Positions 40,997-54,170 of a stretch of DNA of 64,000 bases are shown one piece after another. The stretch covers positions 4,278,001 through 4,342,000 of the forward strand of contig CP110440.1 in NCBI GenBank assembly GCA_026914245.1, read 5' to 3'. How positions within the stretch are numbered: position 1 is the first letter of the stretch; each line of letters begins with the position of its first letter. Below the pieces are notes generated by a model. The model had not been told where the DNA came from. It saw nothing but the letters and a program-made list of their open reading frames with translations, and searched no databases. A program made the position numbers and the translations under genes. The DNA is from Puccinia triticina (taxonomy: Eukaryota).

Positions 40997-42880
40997 AATG
41001 AACCCCGACCTTGACTTCACCTACTCTGAAAACACATACTACTGCAAGCTCTGTCCCCTAGCGAGGGGGACAACGCATTGGAGTCGCCATGTCCGTTCCG
41101 CGGCCCACCAACGGAACGTCGAGCGGCTCGAGACCGCTAGCCGGCCAATTTCTCCTCCGAGGCCGATTTCTCCGGACCCCATCGCGGCAGCAAGAGCTCC
41201 ACCCGCGCAAGCAGAAGACGCTGTATTCCACGTTGGCGGCCCGGGCTTATTTGAACTCAACAAAGACCCCCCCATCTCTGCCCCTTATGTCCAGGGATTC
41301 ATCGCCGCCCTCGCGGCGGACCATGTACATACTCGCGCGATCAAGGCGGCGACTGCCCATCCACTTCAAGGATAATTAAATTTCCCAAAAAAAATACTCA
41401 AAGTTTGAGGTTGGGAAAATCATTGAAAAAAATCACTCCGTACGGAAAAAAAATGCAAACTGAGCGTGCTCAGCCAAAAAAATAAAAATGTGTCAGACTG
41501 AGTAAAAAACAATGGGGCACATTTTTGGGTTGATTTGTTGGACGGGCCTGCACAAGGCCCGCATGGGCCCCTAACAGGCCCGTTGGGCCCATTGAAAAAG
41601 TAGTATTTTTTTGGAATTCCCATGCTCTGCTAAAATGTGAAATGGGTTGAAATGAATGAAAAATGAGGGGGTACATTTTTGGGGAGATGTTTTGGACGGG
41701 CCTGAATGAGGCCCACATGGCCCCCACAAAGCCCACTGGGCCCATTGAAAGAGTAGCCTTGGTCGAGAATGCCTATGCTCAGCTAAGAAACAAAAATGTG
41801 TCAACCGGAGTAAAAAACATGGGGCCACACTTTTGGGGAGGGCTTATTGACAGACCTGCATCAGGCCCGTCAGGGCCCACCCAAAGCTGGTTCGGCCAAC
41901 CCAGAAGTAGTATTGCTTAAGAATTCCCGTATGATGTTTGAGAACAGCACCAATTGACCACTAATCAACAGAAGATATTGAAGGGCTTCTGACATCTGTG
42001 TGACATTTGTGCACTCACAGAATGTATGTCCAGGCCCTTTCCTTCCCTTGGAAATCTGTTGGCCCATACGGGCCTGATGCAGGCCCGTCCAAAAAGCCTC
42101 CCCAACAATGTGCCCCTAGGGTTTTTACTCAGTCTGACACATTTTTATTTCTTAGCTGAGCATATGCTTTCTTAACCAGGGCTACTCTTTCAATGGGCCC
42201 AGTGGGCTTTGTGGGGCCCATGTGGGCCTCATTCAGGCCCGTCCAAAAAATCTCCCCAAAAATGTACCCCCATGTTTTTTATTCAGTTTGACCCATTTCA
42301 CATTTTAGCAAAGCATTGGAATTCCAAACAATTACTACTTTTTTGATGGGCCCAACAGGGCTGTTATGGGCCCATGCGGGCCTTGTGCAGGCCCGTCCAA
42401 CAAATGACCCTAAAAATGTGCCCCATTGTTTTTTACTCAGTCTGACACATTTTTATTTTTTTGGCTGAGCACGCTCAGTTCACATTTTTTTTCAGTACAG
42501 AGTGATTTTTTTTCAATGATTTTCCCAACCTCAAACTTTGAGTATTTTTTTTTGGGAAATTTAATTATCCTTGAAGTGATCAGAGACCCATTGCCCAGGC
42601 CCACTACTCACAGCTCCGTTCAGACCTCATGGCCATCGCTTGCCACAAGGGGGATCGCATCCCCGAAGAAGATGCTCCGGTCGTGTGGACCGATAAGAGG
42701 TCCAACCGGGTGGACAGAAGTGGCTGGTTCCCGTTCAAAAGCAAACTCGTCAGCGCTTTGGCACTACATGTGTGTCTGTCTGGGGTTAATGTCCTAATCA
42801 CCTGTTTGTTTGTGATTTTAGGACCTTGTTGCTTCCTTGGTGATCGGTCACACATGCTCGATGCTCTGCTGCCTTGGAGG
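40997..42880 (+). pseudogene. N-terminal part of a zinc-finger-containing transposon protein, split by an insertion
   Basis: YYCKLC..WSRHVRSAAH (Cx2C..Hx5H). Removing 41362-42578 restores the frame TAH-QRPIAQ..SGWFPFKSKL/DLVASLVIGH. Confidence 0.6.
41362..42578. mobile_element. CACTA-type foldback element with ~500-bp TIRs
   Basis: cacttcaaggataattaaatttccc... / ...gggaaatttaattatccttgaagtg, 3-bp TSD ATC, and gggccc subterminal repeats. Confidence 0.9.
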
Positions 42881-45491
42881 GCAAATAAGGACTTGGGGGC
42901 CTTGTTCTTTAAAAAACCTGCATATCTGTTGTGAATTTTTGGTTGAACTTTTCACACATCAATCCCACGTTGCTGCTTTGCTTATGACACTAATTACTTA
43001 CATCTTGTATAATTTGTTTGTACTCCCAGTCTAGAGCTTCATTGTTGGTTGTGGAACAAGGCATGATTTCCATTTGACTCAAGTCAAGGCTTTTGAGTTA
43101 TCAGAATTTTCCAATTTAAGAGCTTTGGAGATATCACTTTAATTCAAAAAGTTGGTTGCTTTTTACCAACTTTTTGAATTTACACAACACATACTGATTG
43201 TGAGAAAGCAACCTTAGATGAAGGGTATTGAGGATCTCAGCTTCACTGTACTCCAGAAATGGTAAGGGGAATTCTTTCCCTCACCCATATGTCAAGGTGG
43301 AGGGAGAACATGATTCTGTATTTCAATTAACTCTTCAGGCAATTTGGGGGAATTTATGGACACACTTCTGGCCAAACACTCAAAAATGAGAAACTTGGGA
43401 GAGGAAAGGGATGAGATTGTGAGGAGAGAAAAGATTTGATTGACACCAAAAGAAAGAGAAAATTCAGGCATTTAAACTGGCACCACAGGTGTGATTATTT
43501 GTAGGGAGAATACATCATAAGGGGGGGGGGGGGGGTGTTCTAAAACTACCACAAAAAGGGTGAAAGCTCTCACACCAAGGTTTTGCAATTACCAGTCCAT
43601 CCTTCATGGGTTGCACTTTCTGCAAGGGAGCATGGTGGCAACCCAGGCTTTACCAGGGCATTCCAAAGCAAGGGACTTTTGATGATTCATTTTGCAATCA
43701 TGGTTCAGGTTGAAAAAAGTACTGGTGGCTACTTCTTCCAAATCTGACATAGCTGTGAAATATTTGGTGCCTGTGCCATGAATGAACAGGTCACAGGCCT
43801 TCAGCACATTACTGTAACATGATATAAATGAACTTCTTCTGAAAAAAAGTAATGTAATGGCACTGGAAAAGAAAAGTGAGAAAAATTGACTGTGGGTAGT
43901 GCCCTGCCATTACTGCTAAGGGCAGCTGTAACAAAGCAAAAATTGATAAACTATTGACATGGTACCGTTACTGGTATCAAATTTACCCATTTTTGGTTGG
44001 AGAATTGCCATGAAATCTGCAGCGGCGCAGGTGTGACAGGTTGATGACTGGGGTTGGCCGTGTCCATGAGGGTCCAAGAGGGTGTAACTTCCAATCCAGC
44101 AAGGTTCCAGTGACACTTCCAGTGGTGAATAGGGGTAAAATTGGCCTTAGAATCCATTTCTGAGGTCCATTTGGTGCTATTGTGAGGCCTAGGGTGAGTA
44201 AATACATGTATGAGAAAAAACTTTTGATTTTTTACTGAAACTGTGGTTTTAATAAACTTGGATATATTCCCCAACATATATCTCATTACCCATCTCAGAG
44301 TGACTCCCCAAGAGCTTCTGCTTTTCTCTCCATCTCACTTCTCCTCTCTCACTCAGTAGGATTGATACACCTCAAACCCATTAGTGTTAAAGTCATCTAA
44401 GTCAAAGAGAATCATCAGCCACACCCTTTTCTTTTTATTAGTGTAACCCTCTCTCCATCAGCATTAGTCAAGAGGGCAGCCTCACCAGCACCTGTAGCCT
44501 CTTCTGCATTATTAGTAGTGTAGTTGACTATTTCCCCTCACAGCTCTTTCCTGAGCTTTTAGGAGTTCTACACCATCTACTGAAAATCACCATCCATACT
44601 ATTCTGATCAACCTGAATTTGCAAATAACATTGAGTAAAACCCTGACAACAACAACTACTATGACAATTACTACAACTCAAGTCTCAATGATTGCAATAA
44701 TGTAGATAATGACAATTACACCAATGATCAAGTAGACAATTTTAATGATCAACAAGTAGACTATGATGCTACTTATGATGTGTATGATGATGGAGGAGAT
44801 TCAGAATATTTTGATGATGATTACTAGTTTCTTCCATATTTTTTTCCAATCTCTTGGCTATTTTTTTAGTTTTATCTCTTTTCTATTCTTGATTTACTTG
44901 TATGTAGATGCAGCCTTTTCTTGGTGGTAGGTTTCTAATTAGAGCCTTGCCAAGGGGGGGCTGTTGTGACTTGGGTCACAGTCTTCTTGGCTGCGGAGGA
45001 GACATAGTCTCCTCCGCCGGAGCTACATCATCTGCATTGATCATCACCGTTACCCATATCTCACCCAGTCCCCGAGCCACGTCTCCACACCTATCAACCG
45101 AAATTGGCTTCACCTTGTTCTCATGAATTTATCCAAGCATTCAAACATTGATCAACTTTGAATCAACATTTAAGGGTTTCAGGAGGCAACACTCTGACAG
45201 GTAATAACCATAGAAAAACAGCTGGAGCACAACCTGCAGGTAACACGACTACAGATCAGGCTACACTAAAGCTGCAAAGCATGCTATGTAAATAGTTATT
45301 AGCTGATTGAGGCTAAACAATATGGTTGGCACACAGAGAGCCAAGGGGGATGACATAAAGCAGTGAATGATTGATTGTAGTTAGATGTGGCTTCACCCAA
45401 GTGAATATGATTGTGTGTGTTATTTGAGGACTTGCTGAGTTGCCCATATAATGTTGAAGGATTTCCCAAAGTGAACATAGCATCTTATGCA

Positions 45492-45714
45492 CAACAATGG
45501 GAAGTTACTGATATTATGTTATGCAGAGTGATTCTTGTGAAATGATTTCCCCTAAGATTGTGGGGAATAACGCAGCAGGTCTAATGAATCAGGAAAACAA
45601 ATAAAAAAAATGATGTGACAAAAACATCTTTGCCGTTAGCACAACAATAACAGCCCCAATTCAGTTACATTATCTGTTACTTTTTGTTACACATAACATA
45701 ACTTCCCATTGTTG
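45492..45714. mobile_element. MITE with CAAC termini and 7-bp TSD
   Basis: 16-bp TIR caacaatgggaagtta; TSD TTATGCA. Confidence 0.85.
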
Positions 45715-46679
45715 TTATGCAGACACTGCTGCAAGTGAACCAAATGCAAAATGTATGCTACATTGTCTGTAAATGGTGCAGAACAGAGACAAAGCACCCT
45801 ACGCAGGCTCTGCTGCAATCAGAGCAAATGTTTCAATTGACCCAATGATTTAAAAGAAATTTTGTAGAATATGAAAGTAGGAGATGTGAGGGTGCAAGCC
45901 GGCTTTCCCACTTGCAGATAGAGTGAGGATCAATGGTCCTTACACATTCGTCTGGTGTGAAATCCCTTGTGTATTTTTTTTATCATTGGACAGGGTTTGC
46001 ACTTTAAGGTTCTACTAGGAATAACTTCAGCTTGCACTTGTTAAAATCATAAAGATAAAATTTGCATATGGTGAAAGGCACTTCATACACTGCAGAATAT
46101 TTCTTCACAGCTGCCACACTCCAGTGCACTTTTTGAAAGCTTTAATGCTTCCAAAATCTAGAGAAATGACTCCAAAAGTGGGTTGACATCCCTGAAACTG
46201 TTTGAGGATGTCCAGAAATGGTTGCTTCCATGGCCTAACCATTTAGTTGTGGTTTGTTTGGGAGTTTTTTCTCAAATTTCTGACCCATGTTGGGCATTTT
46301 TTCATTTGATTCCCCAACTCTTGAAAGAATAAAAAATAACTTGATCTGTCAGCCAGCTACCAAGAAGAAACTAGCTGAGTAAATTTATTTCTATAAATAA
46401 TATAAAAGCACCATAACAACCTTAAGCCCCTTTTGGACACCCCATTCTATGTGATCACTGAGCAAATTTAATTCAAAACCAAAAGTTTGCCCAGAATCCA
46501 AGTTTATTAAAATCACAGAAACACAAAAGGCAAGATCAAAGTTTTTGCCTGTGCTTATTAGCAAAAATCCCCATGCTGGAGCAACAGGCAAAAAAAGGTT
46601 GGTCAAAAATGTAATCAAGGAGGCCCTAATCAAGTGATTAGTGGGCTCCAGGGAGGGGGTGGGACAAAACTACATCCTG

Positions 46680-47982
46680 TGGGGGTACAAACAGCTTCCC
46701 CCTAGTCCTTTAAGTATTGGTCCCAGCTCACATGACAGAAGTTGACAACACCCTGGGCCCTGACATTCTTTGCACACCACAACTGTGTTGCCAGGGCCCT
46801 GCACCTGGGCAGACAACATGCTGGCCTGTATGTACATACACACTCATCCGAGTGTATACAGGTCAGCTTGAGAGGTCCTCAGGATGACCGCTGTGGTATG
46901 CTTTATGGTTACCCATCTAGCCCATTTCAAGATTTCCTTTTTTTCTCATATGTACACTCTCAAATCACTCAATATGGCGGCACCATTGTATTCTACAGCC
47001 AAAACTACACAGGACACCATGGACAACACACCCCACACACTTCTGGATCACAAGTTAAAACCTCTTCAAGACACCATCAGTCAGTTACATACACACAAAA
47101 CACCATACTCAGGTCATGTAATCCGTTACATGAACCACACTTACCCAGGACATGTAATCCGTTACATGGACCACCCTGACAGCTTGTCTACCCTTTACAT
47201 ATACTTTACCTCATCAGCTGCACTCATTACATTGTGTTATGCACATGTCATGCAATGTCATGCAGTATCATGCAGTATTATGCGCACTTGATGCAGGCTT
47301 ATGCAGCCTTATGCAGACTAGTGTAATAGGGGCTGCAGTCTGACAGCTGACAGATGTCATCATGCAGGATCATGCGGGTGTCAGGATAGCCAAAACCCCT
47401 CATGCAGCTTGCAGATGACATCATTTGACAGGCCAGGCCAGCTAAAACATCTCACCTCCTATTTCTCACTAGCTAAATTCCCTCATATGACATCATGACC
47501 TCATGTGACCTGTCAACCACCAGCCAAAATACCTAATTGTAGCCTTCAGGGCAGCTAAAACCCCTCATTCTTTTGTTCCCCTGGAGCTAAAATGTCTCAC
47601 TCTTTTCTATTTAAGGAGGCTCTCCTCCCCCGAAGTGTAATTTCTCTCAGCAAGCTACTTGCACTCAGCTTACCCCATAACTGTACCATACTTGCTCACT
47701 CTACAGTATTAGCCCCACTCTATATTGTGGTTTTACACCCTTACATACAAATTACAACATCATTACAAAATCTTACACATCAGCTACATCACCATACCCC
47801 TCAAGCCACCTGCTCAAAGTAGGCTATCTGTTGATACACCTCCACTATCACTACATAAACCTTCCAATCTAAGATTGGGGGGCTTGTTTTTGTGTCTAGT
47901 GACCCAGGAAAGGTAGAAGTTTCCTCATACATCCCTTTCCGCACTCAGCAAAAGGTTCTCAGGAACACTTTTGAGCTTTACA
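46680..47982 (+). mobile_element. Solo-LTR-like sequence
   Basis: TATA-like ctatttaaggagg; the 3' end cagcaaaagg..cacttttgagctttaca is shared with 58960-59782. 5' boundary uncertain. Confidence 0.55.
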
Positions 47983-49219
47983 CCGCTCATGGTCATTTGG
48001 AAGTGTTCCAAATCCACAGAAGTTGGCTTCAAGGAGTAATGTGTCCACACTTGCGGCCGGGGAGACTTTGACCTCCTTTGCGGTCTGCACATTTCTTGAC
48101 AACTGGTTTGTACCGGTTGTTGAGGGGAGTGACACCTCTCAATGACCGCTCTGACCGGCCATTGAGGGAACTCATATCTCCTCCTCATGAACGGTATGTG
48201 CTGGTCATTGAGGGGAGTCACAGCTCTCAATGACTGGTCTGTGCCAATCATTGGGGGATTTAGGTCTCCTCTTGATGCCTGGTCTGTGCCGGTCATTGAG
48301 GGGACTCATTCTCCTCTGGATGACCAGCACATAGCAAGGCTTGCTATAAAACGGTGTGCAAGCCTTGATCCTCTTGGCGCGAGCAGGAGACATACATATG
48401 TATCCTACTTGCCTGGAGGAAACCTCTCAACAAGCCTGGATAACATCTATCGAGGCTCGCTGAGAGTTTTCTGCCTGGCACATAGGATACATAATCCAGG
48501 CTTGCTAAGAGGTTTCCTCCCGGAGAGTAGGATACATATGTATCCTTCTTGCCAAGAGGTTTTGAGGATACATATGTTCCTGCTTGCCGAGAGGAAACAA
48601 GGGGATTCTTCCCGGCGTAAGCTGTAGCCATATCACCCCTCCTCCCTTCTTGAACAGGGTAGGATGGAAGGCCCGCACTCCCTCCCAACTCGCCGGTCAA
48701 AGAGGAGCTCCTGGCGAGCCTAGATTGTATCCAGGCTCGCCAAGAGGTTTACCCGGTGAGTTAGGACACATAATATAGACTTTCCGAGAGGAAACAAGGG
48801 GGGCGCACAGTAGCCGTATCCCCACTCCTCCCCGCTTGAAAAGGGAAGGATGGAATGCCCTCACTCTCTCTCTCATCTCGCTGGACATAGAGGAGGGTTC
48901 TACTCTCACTGGTCAAAGAGGAGCAAGGGCCCTTTTCTTTGACCAGTGAGAGGGGGGAAGAAGGTGTGCAGCCTCACACTCCCTTTTCAGCCGAGCTGCA
49001 CGTCCTACACAAGGGCGTGTACATACACACCAAAACACACCCAAAAGTGGGTGTGTTTGGCCGCACACCCTCACCAGGAAAAAAAATTGGTCACTTGATG
49101 GCAAGTGACATGACACAGCTTTGTTTTCCAACACTGCTCCAATGCTGCTCCTCTCGACCAGCAAATCTGGGGCTCACATGATAGGTGTCAGGATCAAAGC
49201 ACTCAATGTGAAAAAACCA

Positions 49220-49890
49220 GATGATTCTCAGCTTTGGACCTGGCCCAGCGGATGCTCAGCTTTTACCCGGGCTCAGCTGATGCTCAGTTTTTCCCCTGGC
49301 CCAGCTGATTCTCAGCTTTGGAGCTGGCCACCTGATGATCATCTTTGGCCATGGCACAGCTGATGCTCAGCCTTGGCTGTGGCTCAGCTGATGCTCAGCC
49401 TTGGATGTGGCTCAGCTGATGCTCAGCCTTGGCTGTGGCTCAGCTGATGCTCAGCCTTGGCTGTGGCTCAGCTGATGCTCAGCCTTGGATGTGGCTCAGC
49501 TGATGCTCAGCCTTGGCTGTGGCTCAGCTGATGCTCATCTTTGGCTCTAGCCTAGCTGATTTTCAGCTCTGATCCTGTCCAAACTGATTCCCATCTTTTT
49601 CCCTGGCCTGGCTCAGCTGATACTCAACAAGCTGATCAGCATCAGCTGGCCAGCTGGCCCAGGACTGGGCCAAAGCTGAGAATCAGCTGGGACAGGACTA
49701 GGAGAAGGCTGAGAAAGGACTGGTACAATTCTGAGCATCAGCTGCGCCAGGACTGGTACAAAGCTGAGCATCACCTGCGCAAGGACTGGTCAAAAGGCTT
49801 TATTCCAATTCTGAGAGTGAGCTGCGTGAAAAAGCTGAGTATGAGCTGGGCAGAAAAGCTGAGTATGAGCTGGGTACCAAAGCTGAGTAT
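49220..49890. repeat. 28-bp tandem array within a gctcagctga foldback region
   Basis: gctcagctgatgctcagccttgg(c/a)tgtg about 6-7 times (49355-49550), then inverted gctgag motifs. Confidence 0.85.
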
Positions 49891-50491
49891 TAAGGATCGC
49901 CAAGTGATACCCGGCACCTGCGGCCTTACGGCAGGTACCGGTGTTGGAATTTGGCAAAAAAAACCCCAGGTACCCGGGTACCCGTGGTCAACACCCACCA
50001 CTGTATTTAGGATCAAGGTGCCGCAGCACCTCTTGAGGCCCTCAAGGACCGGTTGGTGCTGGTCATTGAGAGGGCTACACAACCCCCTCGATGACCGGCA
50101 AACACCGGTCATCAAGAAGGCACACCTCCCTCTTGATTACCGGCACACATTGGTCATCACGAAGGTGCACAACCCTCTCAATGACCGGCAGAGACAAGTC
50201 ATTGAGAGGGTCTCACTCAGCCCTCTTGATGACCGGCACACACCGGTCATCAAGAAGGCACCCTCCCTCTCGATGTCCGGCCCACACCGGTCATCAAGAA
50301 GGCACACCTCCCTCTCGATGACCGGCACACATTGTTCATTGAGAAGGCACATTTCTTCCCTGCAAGTACCCGCGGTACCCGCAGAAAACACCCGCAGGTG
50401 CCGGGTGGGATCGCGGGTGTCCAGAATTGCTAAAAAAAAGTGGCGGTATCCGCACCCGCCGCAGGTACCCGGGTTCACTTGGCAATCCTTA
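49891..50491. mobile_element. hAT MITE
   Basis: TIR taaggatcgccaagtga / tcacttggcaatcctta; 8-bp TSD CTGAGTAT. Confidence 0.9.
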
Positions 50492-51089
50492 CTGAGTATC
50501 AGCTGGACAGAACTGAGGATCAGTTGGGCTCATCAAAAACTGAACAGGACCTTGTAGGTGAATTTTTGGAAGTTGAGGAGATGGTTGGGAGATTGGGGTA
50601 GAAAGTGGATAGATATTGGATAGATGGTGGGTAACTGGCTGGAGCTGGTTTAATGTCACTTGTCATCAACTGAATATTTTATTTTCCTGGTGCCTTGTTT
50701 CAAGGGAGTGTTTGGCCGCACACCCTTTTTTTAAGGGCGTGGGCGTGCGTTTATCAACACCCCCCCCCCCTCAACTGTGCCTAACCTCACAAGATGCTCC
50801 AGTCCCCCTTTCTGCCGGTGGCCAAACCCCAAATTTGAGCCACCAATGCCACCCACCCTTTGGCCAAACTTGACATAATTGACACTAACCCTGGCTGTGG
50901 CGAAGTCAGAGCTACTTTGCGCACACGTGTAGTCCCAGGCTTCCACTAATTATTGCAACTAGCTGCGGCAAGGTCTGCATAACTCAGTGACAAGATTATT
51001 TGAAGTATTGCAAGTGGCAGTTGCAAGGTCTTTTACTTATTCAAACTTTAGTCTTTTAATTTATACTTAGGCTTTTTGTAAAATTGTTT

Positions 51090-51182
51090 AACAGACTACT
51101 TGTTATGCTTGTGCTCCCTTTCAGACTACTGGTTATGCTCTTGCTCCTTTTCAGACTGCTTGTTATGCTTGTGCTCCTTTTC
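51090..51182. repeat. ~30-bp tandem repeat (3 copies)
   Basis: cagactacttgttatgcttgtgctccttt repeated. Confidence 0.8.
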
Positions 51183-51608
51183 CTTTTATAATTAAACTTT
51201 TATATGTTTTTATTTTCTTTTATTTTTCTAGCTAGCTCCTGCTAGGTAGCTGGTCAACTGCTTGCAGTTGACATACAGTATACTCAATCCAAGCTGCCAT
51301 TGTAACTCCACCTACAAGTGCCTTTGCTGGCACAGTAACTGTGCAAGGCGCACAGTGACTGTGCATTGAAGCTTGGGTTGAGGCAAACCTTGAGTAAGGC
51401 TGAGGTAACACCACAAGCTTCATTGGAGTTACCACATGTCAACTGCTCACAGTTGAAACATATTTTTGCAGTGTGGCTTTTTTTTTCTTGTTATTATTTT
51501 GTAGGGGAAACCCTTGATTTTTTTTCATGATTTTCTGTCTTAATAACTCAGATTTCTTGCATTCCTATCAAGGTACCTCATCTGGAATTATGTGTTGTGA
51601 TTGGTTTA

Positions 51609-54170
51609 TTAGTAAAAAGAAAAACTTCTGAAGTCTGAGGAATCCTGTGGTATGGCCTTCAATTCAGTGAAAAATACAGATTTTGCTTGATTTGTATAAG
51701 AATTAAATTAAAAACTAAATCAGTGATAAATTGATCAACAACTGAGTATAAATAATAGAGTGCTTACGCCTCCCAAATATCTCATATTTTCCATCTTCTA
51801 CAACTAATCCCCTTTGTTCTACTGCATTCTCTTCATCTGGGCGGGAGGAATAGAGTGTAGCCTCACCAAGATCACCAAGACCTTTGGTCTCAAGGTATTG
51901 TTTTTGAAAAATACCAACTGGAAATTGATGATACTTTGAAAAGGCAGAAAATATGATGCCTCTTGTCCCACCAGGACTGATCCTTCCATAATTAATTCCA
52001 TCAACCTGAAGTGTATCAATGTATTTTCCTTTATTCCCTTCTGTGATCCTGTATTTTTTAAAATCGTCTGGATTTTTTCTTATGTAATCTACTATATCTT
52101 CTGCAATGACCTTGTGCTTCTCTTGGTCATGGTATTTGAGGTGAGCAAGGGCTCTAAAGACATTATTTTCATCTTGTTTTATGAAATCTTCAGTAACAGA
52201 AAGATGGATCAAGTTTCTGGATTGAAATCTAGTCAGTTCTGTTATTGCATATTGTTCCATTCTTACAGCCATTTTTTTATCATTTTTGGGAGAAGTGCTC
52301 ATTTTGGAGGGAAATCTTGTGAGCAGTATAGATTCAGCTTGATTCAAATAAGATGGAATAAAGATTAAGTAAACTATTCAAGAAGTGGTTTGGAATAATA
52401 TGGTACTTACGTCTCCCAAATATTTCATAATGCCCACCTTCTACAACTAATCCACCTTTTTCAAGGCTCTTCTTATCTTCATATTCAAGTGAGTAGTGTG
52501 ACATCAGCCTTGAATCTTCACGCCCATCAGGAGCCTTCTTGGGCAAAATACTAAAGCCAACATCATGATACCTTGAAAAGGCATCAAATATGACCCCCCT
52601 TGCCCCACTGTGACTGATTGCACCATACCTTATCCCTCCACCAACCCAAATTGTATCACGATATTCATCTTTATTCTTCTCTGTGATTTTGTATCTTTGA
52701 AAGACAAGTGGATATTTTTGAATGGATGCTATTATGTCATTTTCAATGATCTCATGCTTCTCTTGATCATGGTATCGGAGGTGAGCAAGTGCTCTATACA
52801 CATTTTTTTGATCTTTTTTGATGAAGTTTTTTGTTTTAGAGAGATATTGCAGTGACTTAGATTGCATTGGAGTACGGTATTCTTCTGGTATTGGCTCTCG
52901 TTCAATTGTGAAACCCATGTTTTTGCCCTTTTTGACAAAGAGATTTGTTTTAGAAGGATCAATATCTTTGTATTTAGGTTGGATAGGAGCTGGTTTGCTT
53001 TTTGTTATCATATTTCTTCCCTTTGCAGTATCCATGTTTTCATTATATTTGATGAAATCTTTGTTTTTGGAGGGAACATTGAGGTCCTGAGGCTTCAATA
53101 CTTGTTTTTTATTTCTTTCCATCTTGGCACTCATTTTGTCCTCTTTCTTGATAAAATTTTTAATTTTGGAGGAATCATCTTCTGTTTTAGGCAGAATTGG
53201 GGTTTGGTATTCTTCTGGTACTGCCTTTCTTTCCAATGTGGCATCAATTTTTCCATTATTCTTGATAAAATGTTGGTTTTTGGAGGGAAAATTGATTTCT
53301 TGAGTTTTAAACACTGGTTTTTTATTTCTCTCCATTGTGGCACTCATTTCTTCCTCATTCTTGATAACATGTTTGGTTTTGGAGGAATCATCTTGTGGTT
53401 CAGGCTGGATTGGGGTTTGGTAGCCTTGTGGTACTGCATTTCTTTCCAATGTGGTAACAATTTCATCTTCTCTGATGAAATTTTGGGCTTCATGGGGAAG
53501 ATTGAGGTCTGTAGTTTCCAATGGGTCTTCTTTTTTTACTATTTTACCCACTTTACCAGCTATTTTGTCTTGTTTATTTGTTGTGGTATACCAAATCATT
53601 TTTTCAGCAATTATCATTGTGAGAAATTTAGTCAGAATTTAAATGATGTGGAATTCTTTCCATACATAGAAGTATCAGTTTTAGCAACTTACATTTTACT
53701 TTATCTCCTGATTTCCTAAAAACAAACTTGGAAAACCATTCCATCAGTTGGTTATACTTCTCTTTTACAAATCTCCACATCCGATTTAATCTGCTTGGAT
53801 TTTTATTTGTTGGTGGTTGTTGAGTGGGCTTGGAGGGTGGTCCTTGAAACATGCTTGTGTCAGGTCCTGAGATCTCCCCCTCTTTATTGATTTCCATTGG
53901 ATTTTTGAATAGAAGATCAGATTTTTCCTTTTGTCCAGCCAAAACCGCATGTTCTTCAGATGTAATATCTGCAGCGTGATTGAAATTGGAGGCAGGGTGA
54001 ATTTTAGAAGCTCCGCTAGTGGCAGCAGTTAGTGCTCCTTCGCCCAGAGCTACTCCAAGCATAAAGAGTGTCAAGAAGGAAAGTAATAAAACTTTGAGAG
54101 AGAGAGGATAGAAGGTGGGTTTTCTAGTGCAATGTGAGGCATAATTATAATCTCCTTTTCTTGATGCCAT
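51609..54170 (-). CDS. Predicted secreted protein (~750 aa, 4 exons) with internal repeats and two catalytically altered OTU-like domains
   Basis: Hydrophobic signal LSLKVLLLSFLTLFMLGVALG. Phase-1 GT-AG introns start at 53692, 52410 and 51767. Repeats SK..NFIK..E.M.AT.ER. Domains DQKNVYRALAHLRYHDQEKH..GGHYE and DENNVFRALAHLKYHDQEKHKVIAEDIVDYIRKNPDDF..DGKYE. Confidence 0.78.

Larger units (their letters stand above)
36529..45089 (+). mobile_element. Non-autonomous Copia-lineage LTR element (LARD-like) with nested insertions
   Basis: LTRs 36529-36669 and 44962-45089, TSD CCTAT, PBS agttatgagccc, PPT aaggggggg. No RT or integrase detected internally. Confidence 0.88.

Noticed and set aside
49355..49550. 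28-bp repeats as a CRISPR array
   Set aside because: Head-to-tail tandem copies with no spacers.
52862..53719. 285-aa hydrophobic plus-strand ORF
   Set aside because: Antisense shadow of the Lys-rich repeat exon on the minus strand.
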